Shown: one piece after another, positions 16,709 to 27,019 of the stretch | Numbering within the stretch: position 1 is the first letter of the stretch | Layout: each line of letters starts with the position of its first letter | Assembly (NCBI GenBank): GCA_002309855.1 | Contig: DBYD01000029.1 | Coordinates: 10,521 to 74,520, forward strand | Reading direction: 5' to 3' | Length of the DNA: 64,000 nt | DNA from: Bacteroidales bacterium UBA1195 | GTDB taxonomy: Bacteria; Bacteroidota; Bacteroidia; Bacteroidales; WCHB1-69 | Notes under the pieces: model-generated | Told to the model about the DNA's origin: nothing | The model's input: only the letters and a program-made list of their open reading frames with translations | The model's database searches: none | Translations under genes and position numbers: made by a program

Positions 16709-19624
16709 TTAGTAGCCGAAAACAGTCTTCTGTTTCAGGACCTTCACCTTTCCGTATTTCTTCAGGGCCTTCATGTCCATATCCTTCACCGTGCCGATGA
16801 GGGCGATGGTCCTCGGCTGGCCGCTCACATATTCCTTCTGGAACTGTTTGATGTCCTTCAGGGTCATGCGCTGCACGCCTTCGTAGGTGGCCTTGCGCGG
16901 ATCCTCGTTCAGTCCGAGCTCCTTCCATCCGAGGTAGGCGCTCACCATGCCCTTTTCGCTGATGCGGGCGGTGCGGTAGCTGTTGATGACCGATTCCTTT
17001 GCCACCTGGAATGCGGCCTCGTTCTCAGGCATGTTGTTGAGCAGCTCGTCAAACGCCTCAATGGATTGGATAAGCTTGTCCTTTCCGCAGGCGATGTAGG
17101 AGATGTTCTGGCTGATGCCGTCCAGGTCGCCGGGCTGTGAATACTGTCCCATGGCGGTGTAGGCCAGGGCGCGGGCCTCACGCAGCTCCTGGAAGACGAT
17201 GGAGTTCATGCTGCCGCCGAAATATTCGTTGTAAAGCCGCACTTTCGGACTCAGGTTGCGGTCATACTTTCCGCCGAAGGAGAGGGCGTAGTAGATGGTT
17301 TGAGGAGATTCGTAGTCAATCACAAAGATACGGTCCTTGGTGGGGACGACAGGGTGGAACACCACCTTGGCGGGCACATCCTTCAGGTTGTCGAGCTTAT
17401 GGGTTTCAGATACAGCCTTGACCAGCTGTTCGTAGCTGTCAGGTCCGTAATAGATGATGTACTGTTTGTAGGTGAGCCAGTCCTGAAGCTTTTTGATCAG
17501 CAGTTCTGGAGTGACGGCCTTAAGTTCGGCTTCGGAGAGGAAGGTGGCGAATGCGGGGGAGTTCTTCTCATACACCGCGTAGGTGACCAGGTTGCGCACA
17601 TTGGCGTTCTGGTTGTTCTTCGCGTTTTCGCGCGATTTCAGGATGTCGCTGATGAGGTTGTCCAGCGCCTCCTGGTTCGGTTTGGCGTTTTTCACAACCT
17701 CTTCAAACAGCTGCATGGTCTGCTTCATGTTCTTTGAGAGTCCGCTGAAGCTGATGGAGCTGCGGTTCCCGCCTGCTCCCATGGAGTATTCGCATCCGAG
17801 CTTGTAGAACTCCTCCTTCAGCTGTTCCGGAGTGTACTTGTCGGTGCCGAGGTATTCCAGGTAGCTGGCGGCGAGGTTGAGGTATTTGTCGTGGTAGCTG
17901 CCCATGTCAAGCACGTAGCCAAGGGTGAAGAGCTCGTTGTCCTTGTTCTTGGTGTAGTACACTTTTGTGTTGCTCGGCTGGATAAAACGCTCCTTGATGT
18001 CGTTGACATTCACGAACACGGGCTCAATCGGGGTGACACCCTTCGCCTTCTCCTCCATCATCTGGACAAATTTGCTCTTGTCGCTGCGGTTGATCTTGAT
18101 GGGGGTGTTCTTCGGCTTCTTAACCTTGTCGATGTCGGTCGGTTTGCCCTTGCGCTTGTAGACAATCACGTAGTTGTCCTTGCGGAGGTGCTTGCGGGCG
18201 AAGTCAATGATCTGCTGTTTGGTTATCTTCTCCAGATTGTCGTTGAAGTTCACCTGGCCCTCCCACGGCAGTTCCAGATAGAAGGCCTCCTCCATCTTGC
18301 TCACGCGGCCCGCGTTGCCTTCGTTTTCGCGGATTTCGCGCAGCTTGAGGTCGTTGATGCAGGCTTGGAGCAGCCAGTCGGGGAAACGGCCCTGCTGCAG
18401 GCTGTCGATCTGCTCCAGCAGTATGTCGCGGACCTCCTCCAGGGGTTGTCCCGCTTTGGGGCTGCCGTACATCATCATATAGGTGTAGTCATGCAGCATG
18501 GCGGGGGAGGAACCGGCACCCAGAGTGCGCTGCTTCTGGTTGATGTTCAGGTCGACCAGACCGGCGTTGCCGTTGGTGAGCAGCATTTCGGTCAGCACCA
18601 TCACGGGAATCTCCGCGGAATTGGGGTCGCCGAAACGCCAGGCAATCCGCACATTCTCCGCATCCTTTCCTACCACTTCCTTCACCACCGGCTCGGTGAT
18701 TTTCGGCTCCAGAGTAAAGGAGAAGGGAGGGATGGGTTTTGAGGGGATGTTGCCGAAATATTTGTCAATTAGGGCAATCGCCTCTTCGGGGTTGAAGTCG
18801 CCGGCCATGATGATGGCCATGTTGTTGGGCACATAGTAGGTGTCGAAGAATTTCTTAACGTTGGTGATGGAGGGGTTGCGCAGGTCCTTCTGCGTGCCGA
18901 TGGTGGTCTGTGTGCCGTAAGGATGGTGCGGGAAAAGCCCTTCCATCAGTGCGGTGGAGGCGCGGCGGCTGTCCTGGGTGAGGGTCATGTTCTTCTCCTC
19001 ATAGATGGTCTCCAACTCGGTATGGAAGAGCCGCAGCACCGGGTGCTGGAAGCGGTCTGATTGGATAATCAGGAAGTTCTCCAGCTGGTTGGAGGGGATG
19101 TTCTCGTAGTAGTTGGTGAAATCGACCCAGGTTGCGGCGTTTGTCCCGCTCGACCCGATCAGCGACATCAGCTTGTCGTACTCGTTGGGGATTGCAAGCG
19201 CGGCGGCCAGTTGCGAAATGCTGTCAATCTGTTTGTAGACGGCCTTGCGCTCGGCGGTCTTCGACTCGTCGATTTTCCGGTATTGCTCGAACAGCTGCTC
19301 AATCTGGTCAAGCAGCGGCTTCTCCTTTTCCCAGTCCTTGGTGCCGAAGCTTTCTGAGCCCTTGAACATGAGGTGCTCGAAATAGTGGGCCAGTCCGGTT
19401 GTTTCGGAGGGGTCCAGTTTGCTGCCCGCCCTGGTGGCGATTGTCACCTTGATTTTCGGTGTCTCCTTGTTGACCGACATGTACACTTTCAGGCCATTGT
19501 CCAATGTGTAGATGCGGGCATGGATGGGGTCGTTTGGTACGGATTCGTAGCTGTAGTGTTTCTGCGCGAGCAGACTCACAGAGAACAACACACATACCAT
19601 GCTTAAAATCAGTCCTCTTTTCAT
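16709..19624 (-). CDS. M16-family (insulinase/pitrilysin-like) zinc peptidase, secreted
   Basis: Signal peptide, inverted zinc motif HYFEHLMFKGS (HxxEH), and a two-domain length of 971 aa. Confidence 0.9.
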   Translation of the reverse strand: MKRGLILSMVCVLFSVSLLAQKHYSYESVPNDPIHARIYTLDNGLKVYMSVNKETPKIKVTIATRAGSKLDPSETTGLAHYFEHLMFKGSESFGTKDWEKEKPLLDQIEQLFEQYRKIDESKTAERKAVYKQIDSISQLAAALAIPNEYDKLMSLIGSSGTNAATWVDFTNYYENIPSNQLENFLIIQSDRFQHPVLRLFHTELETIYEEKNMTLTQDSRRASTALMEGLFPHHPYGTQTTIGTQKDLRNPSITNVKKFFDTYYVPNNMAIIMAGDFNPEEAIALIDKYFGNIPSKPIPPFSFTLEPKITEPVVKEVVGKDAENVRIAWRFGDPNSAEIPVMVLTEMLLTNGNAGLVDLNINQKQRTLGAGSSPAMLHDYTYMMMYGSPKAGQPLEEVRDILLEQIDSLQQGRFPDWLLQACINDLKLREIRENEGNAGRVSKMEEAFYLELPWEGQVNFNDNLEKITKQQIIDFARKHLRKDNYVIVYKRKGKPTDIDKVKKPKNTPIKINRSDKSKFVQMMEEKAKGVTPIEPVFVNVNDIKERFIQPSNTKVYYTKNKDNELFTLGYVLDMGSYHDKYLNLAASYLEYLGTDKYTPEQLKEEFYKLGCEYSMGAGGNRSSISFSGLSKNMKQTMQLFEEVVKNAKPNQEALDNLISDILKSRENAKNNQNANVRNLVTYAVYEKNSPAFATFLSEAELKAVTPELLIKKLQDWLTYKQYIIYYGPDSYEQLVKAVSETHKLDNLKDVPAKVVFHPVVPTKDRIFVIDYESPQTIYYALSFGGKYDRNLSPKVRLYNEYFGGSMNSIVFQELREARALAYTAMGQYSQPGDLDGISQNISYIACGKDKLIQSIEAFDELLNNMPENEAAFQVAKESVINSYRTARISEKGMVSAYLGWKELGLNEDPRKATYEGVQRMTLKDIKQFQKEYVSGQPRTIALIGTVKDMDMKALKKYGKVKVLKQKTVFGY

Positions 19625-19747
19625 CTGTAATCGTGTTTAATTATTAATTATGTTAATTTTGTTTTTTTTTTTACCTTTCTGAAATAAGAATAATACGTCA
19701 TATAACGTTATGTTGTTCGTAAATATTACATCAAGTTTAAAAAAAAA

Positions 19748-22315
19748 ATGACGAAACCGGTTAAGAGAATCATTTTTGCAGTGTTGGCTGTCCCTATAGT
19801 GCTGCTGCTGCTGTCGTTTGCCTTGGCCGTCGGCTTTGAGGACAAGGTGGCGGATGCGGTGCTGACCCGGATATACCGTGTTGTGGAGACTGACGTGCGC
19901 CATGAAAAGGTGTCGTTGAACTTGTGGCGCAAGTTTCCGAATGCCGCCTTGGAGGTTCATGGCCTGGAGGTGGCGGATCCATTTGGCACGGGTTCGCTTG
20001 CAAGACTGGACATGGCATGTTTCCAGCTGAACCTTTGGGATTTGCTGCGTGGGCAGTATAATGTCGGGAAAGTGGATGTGCAGCAGGTGTCGCTGCAGTT
20101 GCGCACCGATGCGCAAGGACGGCACAACTGGGATGTTATCCGGACGGAGGAGGATACGGCATCATCGGAGTTCTCGCTGCAGCTCTCCGCTGTGCAGCTG
20201 TCGGATGTCTCCGTGCATTATATGGATGAAAGTTCGGACTTTAAAACTGATTTTCTGCTGCAGAAGATGACCGCAAAAGGGGATTTCACCCAGGAGAAGT
20301 TCACGGTGAAATGCTCCATGCAGCTGCTGCTTCAGACATTGCAGTCGGACACCACCTTCCAATGGGGTGATGTGGCCTTGCAGGCGAGAGGGGAGATAGC
20401 GGTGAATTTGAAGGAGAACAAATACCGGTTCAAGCAGGTAAGGCTGGGCATCAACCGCGAAAAGTTCCAGCTTGACGGCAGTATGCAGACGGTTCAGGAC
20501 AGCCTATGGCGTTATGTCGCCCGTGTTGAGGGCTCTTCGGTGTCGGTCGGCCAGCTGTTGGAGGCTGCACCGGCCGGTTGGGACTCCTTGCTGGCGGGTT
20601 ACCGTGTGGATGGTTCGCTGGATATGACGGTGCAGGCTTCCGGTGTGGTGGGTCGGTCTGATGACATGCGGATGAAGGCCGGTTTTTCCGTCCGGAAAGG
20701 GGAATTCTGGCGGACAGGGCAGCGTGTCGGCCTGAAGGATGCTGCATTCAGCGGCACCTTTGAGGCGGGCGGCCCCGATTTCCCCACCAGCTTAAAACTT
20801 CGTGTCAGGCCTCTGACGGCAAAACTCTCTTCAGGCAGCCTTCAGGGTTGGATGAGTCTGGATAACTTGGCTGCTCCGCACGTGAGGATGCAGCTGAAGA
20901 CCGATTTGCTTCTACAGGATCTCAAAACCTTTTTCCCGGCCTTGGCCGCACTCCGCATGGAGGGACGGACGGAGGCGGATCTGCAGATTGAGAATACGCT
21001 CCCACCATTTTCCGATGTCCGGATGGAGCATTTCCGGAATGCACGGGTCAGCGGACGGCTCCAACTGTCAGACGGCTTGTTCCAAGCCGATTCGGCTGCG
21101 TTGCTGTTTGAGGATTTCTCCGCCAGCATGGCGGTCTCCGACCAGGTGCTGAACATCGCCCGTTTTTCAGGGAAGATTCAGGGGAACAAATGTGAGATGT
21201 CCGGGATTGTACGTAACTGGTTGGATTATTTGTGTACTGAAACAGCGGTTTTGCAGGCAAGCCTGAAATTGTCCTCGCCATATATGGATGTGGATGCCTT
21301 TTTGCCATCAGGCAACGAAAAGGGCGCTTCGGCAGCGACGGAGCCTGCAACGGGCGTGCATCTGCCGGATCGTGTGCAGGCGGAGGTGCAGGTTTCAGCC
21401 AAGCGGCTGAAGTGCGACCGGTTTGAGGCTGCCCAAATCAATGGAATTCTAAGGCTCCTTTCCCGCAAACTTTCCATACAGGGATTTTCGATGGAGGCAT
21501 TGGGCGGCAGGGCGGAACTGAACGGAGAGGCGGCTGCTCTTGCGGGCGGCGGGTTCCAGTTGAAGGCCATGGCAAAAACCGACAAGGTGGACATACAACG
21601 TCTCTTTTATGCGATGCATGACTTTGGCATGGAGCATGATGTGAACGGGCTGACCCACCAGCATATCCGTGGCATTGCAAAAACCGACATACTTTTTTCC
21701 GCCGTGTTGGATTCCACACTTGAACTGCTGCCACAAAGCATACATTGTGATGCGGATGTGAGTGTGAATAACGGCAGGCTGCTGAATTACAAGCCTCTGG
21801 AGTCATTGTCCCGCTTTGTCAGCATTGAGGATCTGAAGGAGATCCGCTTTGAAACCCTGAAAAACCGTGTGGGTGTGCACCAGTCTGTGGTCTCGATTCC
21901 GGAGATGGAGATAAAGAACTCCGCCTTGAACCTCTTCTTATCCGGCAACCAGACCTTCAAGGGCGATTTGCACTATAACCTCAAGCTGCATGTGAGCGAG
22001 CTGCTGGCCAAAAGGCGTCGGGCGCGGTCGCAGGAGTTCGGGGAGGTTGAGGATGACGGTTCCAAGGGGCTTTACCTCTATCTGTTGGTCGCCGGTACCA
22101 CCGACAATCCTGTCTTCAAGTGGAACAGGGAGAAGGCGCGGGCGGATTTCAAGGATAATCTGCAGCAGCAGAAGCAGGAGCTGAAGTCGCTGTTCGGCGG
22201 CGACAAAAAGGATAACGGCGCGGGGACACCGGTCTCACCAGCCAAGGAGGAGAAAAAGAAACTGAACGATTCCAAGCAGAAGCCTGTTGAGCTGGAACTG
22301 GATGACGACTGGTAG
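19748..22315 (+). CDS. AsmA-family outer-membrane biogenesis protein
   Basis: N-terminal single TM anchor RIIFAVLAVPIVLLLLSFALAV, a long repetitive beta-rich body with AsmA-like segments, and a Lys/Glu-rich C-terminal tail. Confidence 0.75.
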   Translation: MTKPVKRIIFAVLAVPIVLLLLSFALAVGFEDKVADAVLTRIYRVVETDVRHEKVSLNLWRKFPNAALEVHGLEVADPFGTGSLARLDMACFQLNLWDLLRGQYNVGKVDVQQVSLQLRTDAQGRHNWDVIRTEEDTASSEFSLQLSAVQLSDVSVHYMDESSDFKTDFLLQKMTAKGDFTQEKFTVKCSMQLLLQTLQSDTTFQWGDVALQARGEIAVNLKENKYRFKQVRLGINREKFQLDGSMQTVQDSLWRYVARVEGSSVSVGQLLEAAPAGWDSLLAGYRVDGSLDMTVQASGVVGRSDDMRMKAGFSVRKGEFWRTGQRVGLKDAAFSGTFEAGGPDFPTSLKLRVRPLTAKLSSGSLQGWMSLDNLAAPHVRMQLKTDLLLQDLKTFFPALAALRMEGRTEADLQIENTLPPFSDVRMEHFRNARVSGRLQLSDGLFQADSAALLFEDFSASMAVSDQVLNIARFSGKIQGNKCEMSGIVRNWLDYLCTETAVLQASLKLSSPYMDVDAFLPSGNEKGASAATEPATGVHLPDRVQAEVQVSAKRLKCDRFEAAQINGILRLLSRKLSIQGFSMEALGGRAELNGEAAALAGGGFQLKAMAKTDKVDIQRLFYAMHDFGMEHDVNGLTHQHIRGIAKTDILFSAVLDSTLELLPQSIHCDADVSVNNGRLLNYKPLESLSRFVSIEDLKEIRFETLKNRVGVHQSVVSIPEMEIKNSALNLFLSGNQTFKGDLHYNLKLHVSELLAKRRRARSQEFGEVEDDGSKGLYLYLLVAGTTDNPVFKWNREKARADFKDNLQQQKQELKSLFGGDKKDNGAGTPVSPAKEEKKKLNDSKQKPVELELDDDW

Positions 22316-22320
22316 CCGCA

Positions 22321-24765
22321 CTACCGGAAAACCGTCACGGAGCCCTGCAGGGTCAGCGGCGGGAGCCCGCTGTCGAAGGTGGCCTTCGCCACCCAGAAAT
22401 AGACCCCGGCCGAGACCGGTGTCCCCCTCATGTCGCGGCCGTCCCACCAGAAGGCCTCGTCCGCATAGTCGGGGCAGCTGCCGCCCGCGCAGTGCTGCCG
22501 CCAGACCCGGTTGCCCCACCGGTTGTAGATGATCATCTCAAAACTGCGGTAACAGCCCTTCTCCTCCATCGGCGTGAAATAGCGCGGCTGCCCGTCGCTT
22601 CCCACCGGCGCAAAGGCGTTGGGGAATTCCAACTTGTCAACAATGCGGAGCGGGCGGAAAGCGGTGTCTTTGCAACCGTTCCCATCCGTCACCACCAACA
22701 TCACACTGTCCTCCATCACCTTGGAATAAATGTGCATCGGATGCCGTTCCGCCGATTGTGAGCCATCAGCCAAAAACCACTGCCACTGCCAAATTGTATC
22801 ATCTTTACTGACAGACTGATCCGTAAAGGTCACCACCATGCCCACATTGGCCATTTCAGGCGTGACCACAAAATCAGCGACAGGACCTTCCACACTGTCC
22901 ACCCGGACATGGCGTTCCACAGTGCAATAGGCATCCTGCACCCGAAGATGGTACCATCCTGCGTGCAACCCGCCCACACTGTCAGCACAAACAACACTGT
23001 CCATCAGGTAGGAAAGCGTAGCTGGAGCATCACTGTGCGCCACAATGGCAATGCTGCCGTCCGAACGGTGGCAATACTCCGGCGTGGAAACGGCCTGCAC
23101 CTCCAAGGAGACAACATGCAGTTCCGATTCGATACTTTGGGTGGTGAACCCATCCTCATAGCAGACCTCCATGCGGAGATGGTAGACCCCGCGTTTGAAG
23201 TATTTGCGCCACACCAGGCTGTCACGAGCCGCCACCTCCTCCACGCTGTCAATGTACCAACGGATGTGTCCAGGTCCATCCATCAGGCTGTCATGCACCT
23301 CCCCCCGAAAAACCACCTCCTGCTCACACAGCCGCAAATCCGGCAGGGAGAGATAGTGGGTGTCGTTGCCATAGAAGGCAATTTTCAGGTTACGATACAT
23401 GCATGAGGCCTGTTCATGATAACTTTCTGCCGTGGAAACGCCGTAATGGTACAGCTGCAGGCCGCAGCAATGATTGGAGATGGTATAGGTCAGCGTATCA
23501 AAGAAAATGGGCATATTGTAGTATGACCATCCGGAGGGATGGTCCCGCCACTGCCCGCCTGAGAGCGGCTGGGGATTCCTTCCGTTGACAGAAACCAAAG
23601 TACTGTCCTTCCCGAATGTGGGTGTTGCCACCAGTGCATAATAAAGGGCGGAAAGAGTGTCATAAACGGTGGTGCCCTGCGGGATTTCATAGGATTTGAC
23701 CAGACCTTGCCGCACCCGCTGTGCGGCAGCGGAAATCCATACAACAGAAGGGTCGCTGTATCCGTTTTGGTGATAATAGTTGTAAGTGGGCATAAAGGAA
23801 TTTACGACAACAGGCCTGTTCGCATGGATATAACAACCGTTGTTTTCCTGGAAAACCTCTATCCAGACCAATTCTCCGGCCTTAAGTCCGGAGAGTTTCC
23901 CCGCTCCGTTGATATTGGTGCGGAGCGTACCGCCATACTGGCGGATATCGGTGTTGTTTTCCGTGGCCATCACCTGTACGAACTCCCTGTCCATACAGGT
24001 GACCGGAACAAAAAACTCCCGTCCCCATGTGGATTGGGGATAATACTGCTCCAATGCTTTGTCCGCACTGCCGTCTATCGGAACATAGGCTAACATCTGG
24101 ATATCAAAAACAGCAATCGGATGGTTGGAATGGAAGCGGCATCCGGTAAGGTTTTCGTTGAACCGCTGGAAAAGGATATCCCCGCGATTCAATGTGCACA
24201 ACGGATTGCCGTTCATCTGCACCACCGTACCATCCCGGTTTGCAAGCAGCAGCAGTTCCTGCGTTTTCGCCCCTCCTGCAAAAGAATAGCGGCCGCTCTG
24301 CATGATCATCCGGTAATCCGTCCCCCATGCCTCCACTGGCAGGAGCTGGGTGGCATCCGAAGAATGTGTCTGCTGTGAGATGACAGATACAGATACCGCA
24401 CTGTCGCTGGTCACACAGACACTCAGGTCGGTCACTTTGCCCAAATCGCGAGGTAGCCTGTGGTAACAGGCCAGAATCTGGGTGTGACTCAACGAATGTG
24501 AATAGGTATGGCCTGGCAGGACAGAAAATGGCACGGTATCCTTGGTGTGTGTAAAACAGATTATGCCGCTGGCATGATGCAGGGATGCAATGTGGATCTC
24601 ATAACGGGAACTTGTTCCATAAATAACCGTATCGCTGAGATTGGGATTATAGTTGCAGCCGAATGAGAACCAATATTCCGTATATGGCTGCTGCGCATGC
24701 AGCCATCCCGTCCTTCCCATCAGGATGGACAGCATCACCATGGCAATACGGAATCTCATCCACAT
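22321..24765 (-). CDS. Secreted protein with an IgGFc-binding-like N-terminal domain, a PKD-like domain and a T9SS type-B (gliding-motility-associated) C-terminal domain
   Basis: Signal peptide. SSDATQLLPVEAWGTDYRMI-type segment. PKD-like VADFVVTPEMANVGMVVTFTDQS. C-terminus FPNAFAPVGSDG...IIYNRWGNRVW...WDGRD..G..VSAGVYFW is typical of type-B CTDs. Confidence 0.8.
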   Translation of the reverse strand: MWMRFRIAMVMLSILMGRTGWLHAQQPYTEYWFSFGCNYNPNLSDTVIYGTSSRYEIHIASLHHASGIICFTHTKDTVPFSVLPGHTYSHSLSHTQILACYHRLPRDLGKVTDLSVCVTSDSAVSVSVISQQTHSSDATQLLPVEAWGTDYRMIMQSGRYSFAGGAKTQELLLLANRDGTVVQMNGNPLCTLNRGDILFQRFNENLTGCRFHSNHPIAVFDIQMLAYVPIDGSADKALEQYYPQSTWGREFFVPVTCMDREFVQVMATENNTDIRQYGGTLRTNINGAGKLSGLKAGELVWIEVFQENNGCYIHANRPVVVNSFMPTYNYYHQNGYSDPSVVWISAAAQRVRQGLVKSYEIPQGTTVYDTLSALYYALVATPTFGKDSTLVSVNGRNPQPLSGGQWRDHPSGWSYYNMPIFFDTLTYTISNHCCGLQLYHYGVSTAESYHEQASCMYRNLKIAFYGNDTHYLSLPDLRLCEQEVVFRGEVHDSLMDGPGHIRWYIDSVEEVAARDSLVWRKYFKRGVYHLRMEVCYEDGFTTQSIESELHVVSLEVQAVSTPEYCHRSDGSIAIVAHSDAPATLSYLMDSVVCADSVGGLHAGWYHLRVQDAYCTVERHVRVDSVEGPVADFVVTPEMANVGMVVTFTDQSVSKDDTIWQWQWFLADGSQSAERHPMHIYSKVMEDSVMLVVTDGNGCKDTAFRPLRIVDKLEFPNAFAPVGSDGQPRYFTPMEEKGCYRSFEMIIYNRWGNRVWRQHCAGGSCPDYADEAFWWDGRDMRGTPVSAGVYFWVAKATFDSGLPPLTLQGSVTVFR

Positions 24766-24781
24766 TTTACTGTGCTAGCAC

Positions 24782-26056
24782 CTACTGTTTTATCAGCTTT
24801 TTCACACAGAAGCCCTTTTCCGTGCGGACGCGGACAAGATAGATGCCCTGTGGCAGTGCGGAGACATTGGCATGTGAAGTCCGCTCCGTGCGCAGCAGCA
24901 CCTGTCCGGAAATGTTGCTTACAACAATCTCCTCCACCATCGATTCGGAATGCACGGTAAAGACATCTCCAGCAGGGTTCGGGTAGAGGGTCACAAAGGC
25001 CGATGCGGGTTTCAACGGCTCCCTAACGGCTATCTCCCCATCGAAGCAGGCCTGGAGCATGGTATCCTGCGTCACCGTGACATGCAGTGCGTTTGACGTG
25101 GATATGACCTTCCCGTCTTTGGTCTTCCAGCCGGTGAAGGTGCAGCCGCTGCGCGGGTACGCCACCAGCGTCAGCTTTTCACCCTTTTTGTAGAAGCGGT
25201 TCTCAAGACCTTCAACATAGCCCTTGCGCTTGTTGTTGAAGCATACCCCGACCGAAATGCCGCCAGCCTCTATCATGAAGTCCTTCCACACCGGAGTGTT
25301 CTTATAAGTCTCCACCGCCGAGGTCGGCACAACAAGCCGGCATTTGGAACGGTCAACTTTGTAAAAAGTATGTGCCATATATCCATCAGGATTAGTTGGT
25401 GTAGGTTCGTAAGGATAATGAAATGTAGGCGGAACAATACTTAGACAGACAATATTTCTTAATAAAGAATCAAAACAAAAAGCTGTACACAAATGTCGCA
25501 AACCGGCAGGAAGAATCGTAGAGGAAAGCGTTGTTCTTTCAAATGCAGCAAACAATGTATCCACTTTATAAGGCACATTGACATGGGTTATCTTATTGGA
25601 GGAAAAACTACACCCGCTGAGATAAAAAACATTTTTTGGCAATATTAAAGTGTCATGTAATCCTGTAGAACTAAATGCAAAACCATTGATAGAATCCACA
25701 TTATCAAGAAATACAATATGTCTTAAATTGCTGTCTTTATTAAAAGCATTCATCCCGATACAGTTCAGACTCTGCGGCAGACTCGCGCCAACCAATTTGT
25801 AACATCCTGAAAGAGCACCTTTTGAAATATATGTAATTCCTTCACCAATAATCGCGTACTTGATATTTTTCTTATTATAGCCCCAAGGAATAGTGCGACC
25901 TTCAACGTGGCCTATCCGACCCTTCCCTGTGAATACGATTGTATCACCTTTCAGTTCCCAATAGGTGTCTGAATCCCAAATGCGCTGTGGCTGGGAATAT
26001 GCGGTCATAGCAAACAGAATACAACATGCTGCAATAAGATAGAACTTTGGTTTCAT
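24782..26056 (-). CDS. BspA-type leucine-rich-repeat protein with a Listeria-Bacteroides repeat and a T9SS type-A CTD
   Basis: Signal peptide. LRR_5-like repeats (ISKGALSGCYKLVGASLPQSL..IGMNAF). YPRSGCTFTGWKT B-repeat. C-terminus LYPNPAGDVFTVHS...GIYLVRVRTEKG..KKLIKQ. Confidence 0.8.
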   Translation of the reverse strand: MKPKFYLIAACCILFAMTAYSQPQRIWDSDTYWELKGDTIVFTGKGRIGHVEGRTIPWGYNKKNIKYAIIGEGITYISKGALSGCYKLVGASLPQSLNCIGMNAFNKDSNLRHIVFLDNVDSINGFAFSSTGLHDTLILPKNVFYLSGCSFSSNKITHVNVPYKVDTLFAAFERTTLSSTILPAGLRHLCTAFCFDSLLRNIVCLSIVPPTFHYPYEPTPTNPDGYMAHTFYKVDRSKCRLVVPTSAVETYKNTPVWKDFMIEAGGISVGVCFNNKRKGYVEGLENRFYKKGEKLTLVAYPRSGCTFTGWKTKDGKVISTSNALHVTVTQDTMLQACFDGEIAVREPLKPASAFVTLYPNPAGDVFTVHSESMVEEIVVSNISGQVLLRTERTSHANVSALPQGIYLVRVRTEKGFCVKKLIKQ

Positions 26057-26077
26057 GGTATTATTCTTTTATTTGGT

Positions 26078-26854
26078 CTAATTATATTTTTCACGTGTGT
26101 CATCACAAGGATCCTCTCCCTGGCTATCAAGAAAAACCTGAAGTATCATCCTACGCTGTTCTTCTGAAAGGGAGCAAGGATTATCCGGATCACTGAAAAT
26201 ATCATATGAAGATTGCTCTTTCTTAGATCCACCATGGTAGTTTAGTGAAAATTTATCACTGACGATCACATTATCTGCATTATTACAATCATATAACTCG
26301 AATTCCAACCTTTTCAACCGTCCATTACAGCACCATCTTTTGAATCTGATGCAAAAACCAAAAACATCCAAGTCTGTAGAATCACAATCAATAGGATTGG
26401 GCACCGCCGGTGCACAACAGCTATTCAGATATTGTGCCAAGTCAACCAAGTCCTGTAATCCACTCAAATGATTACTATATGCCCATGGACCTGAAAAATA
26501 AGCACAGGAACACAATTCGCATGTATGTGTTCTTATGTCCCAATAATATCCCCATCTCCAACCACCATTGTAATACTCTACATGATATGTCTCATAATCA
26601 AGAGTATCATAAACACGTTTGGTCATACAATCTGCCAAATAAATATTTCCATCAATCACACATCTCGGTCCACAACTATCCACAGAATTAAAACACATAG
26701 CGACTATCCTGAAACATACCTTATTACCAAATCTATCAGTTGTAGATACAACTTCATTTAACAAAATAGGAACTTGTGCAGTTGCAATTTGCACTGTTGT
26801 TAACAAAATTACCATTCCTAATTTGGCAAATGTTTTGATATAAAACTTATTCAT
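26078..26854 (-). CDS. Hypothetical secreted cysteine-rich protein (17 Cys)
   Basis: Signal-peptide-like N-terminus MVILLTTVQIATAQ. There are 17 cysteines, including CC and CxC pairs. I recognise no family. The coding DNA is AT-rich. Confidence 0.55.
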   Translation of the reverse strand: MNKFYIKTFAKLGMVILLTTVQIATAQVPILLNEVVSTTDRFGNKVCFRIVAMCFNSVDSCGPRCVIDGNIYLADCMTKRVYDTLDYETYHVEYYNGGWRWGYYWDIRTHTCELCSCAYFSGPWAYSNHLSGLQDLVDLAQYLNSCCAPAVPNPIDCDSTDLDVFGFCIRFKRWCCNGRLKRLEFELYDCNNADNVIVSDKFSLNYHGGSKKEQSSYDIFSDPDNPCSLSEEQRRMILQVFLDSQGEDPCDDTREKYN

Positions 26855-27019
26855 AATAAGTTAGAATATTACCGCATACAAGTCAAACTGCATTCAACTT
26901 ACAAATGCAACTTTGGTTAAAAATTAATTTTTGCAAAAGTAGTAAAAAAATACTCATACGCGGATTAGTACATGACAAAAATTTAATCTAAAAAAAATAT
27001 TATATTGATATTAAAGTAG

